Part shown: positions 36,120 to 36,214 of the stretch, piece by piece
Layout of the letters: each line of letters begins with the position of its first letter
How positions within the stretch are numbered: the stretch's first letter is position 1
Source: Thermoproteota archaeon
GTDB lineage: Archaea > Korarchaeota > Korarchaeia > B14-G2
DNA length: 36,214 nucleotides
Assembly (NCBI GenBank): GCA_037917675.1
Contig: JAVCBW010000053.1
Span: 1 to 36,214, forward strand
Direction: 5' to 3'
Program-made: the position numbers and the translations under genes
The notes under the pieces: generated by a model
The model's input: the letters and a program-made list of their open reading frames with translations, nothing else
Told to the model about the DNA's origin: nothing
Databases searched by the model: none

Positions 36120-36214
36120 TAGAACCTCCATAGATAGATGTGAGTCTTGGTCTATCAATCGCTTCCCCATCATCGAGCTTGCTTATCAAGGGCTTCTCTC
36201 ACAGAACTCCTTTT

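Overview
A 36-kb stretch of an archaeal chromosome, most likely Thermoproteota/TACK (BHB-type tRNA introns, GGTGA-type RBSs, archaeal enzyme families, class II LysRS). The left two-thirds is mostly intact housekeeping DNA: tRNA-Trp with two non-canonical introns, a korB-korG-glyA-like-korA operon, a Lon-like S16 protease, an ECF S component, hflX, a ubiD-family gene, a GTPase/SpoIIM/nuclease/NadC-like operon, lysS, ferredoxin, surface proteins, GT2 and a sugar-phosphate nucleotidyltransferase. From about 21 kb onward it is an accessory zone with pseudogenes, toxin-antitoxin parts, an SPL-like lyase/FGGY kinase/MDP-1 trio and a radical SAM + menA pair. Five TnpB-related elements or relics of three end types are visible. 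The most unusual signal is at 23868-24462 (minus strand): a frameshifted LAGLIDADG endonuclease gene inside an IS200/IS605 tnpB relic, bracketed by a bulge-helix-bulge-like structure. This is a candidate archaeal BHB intron inside a TnpB/omegaRNA element. All calls come from manual motif reading; no database searches were run.
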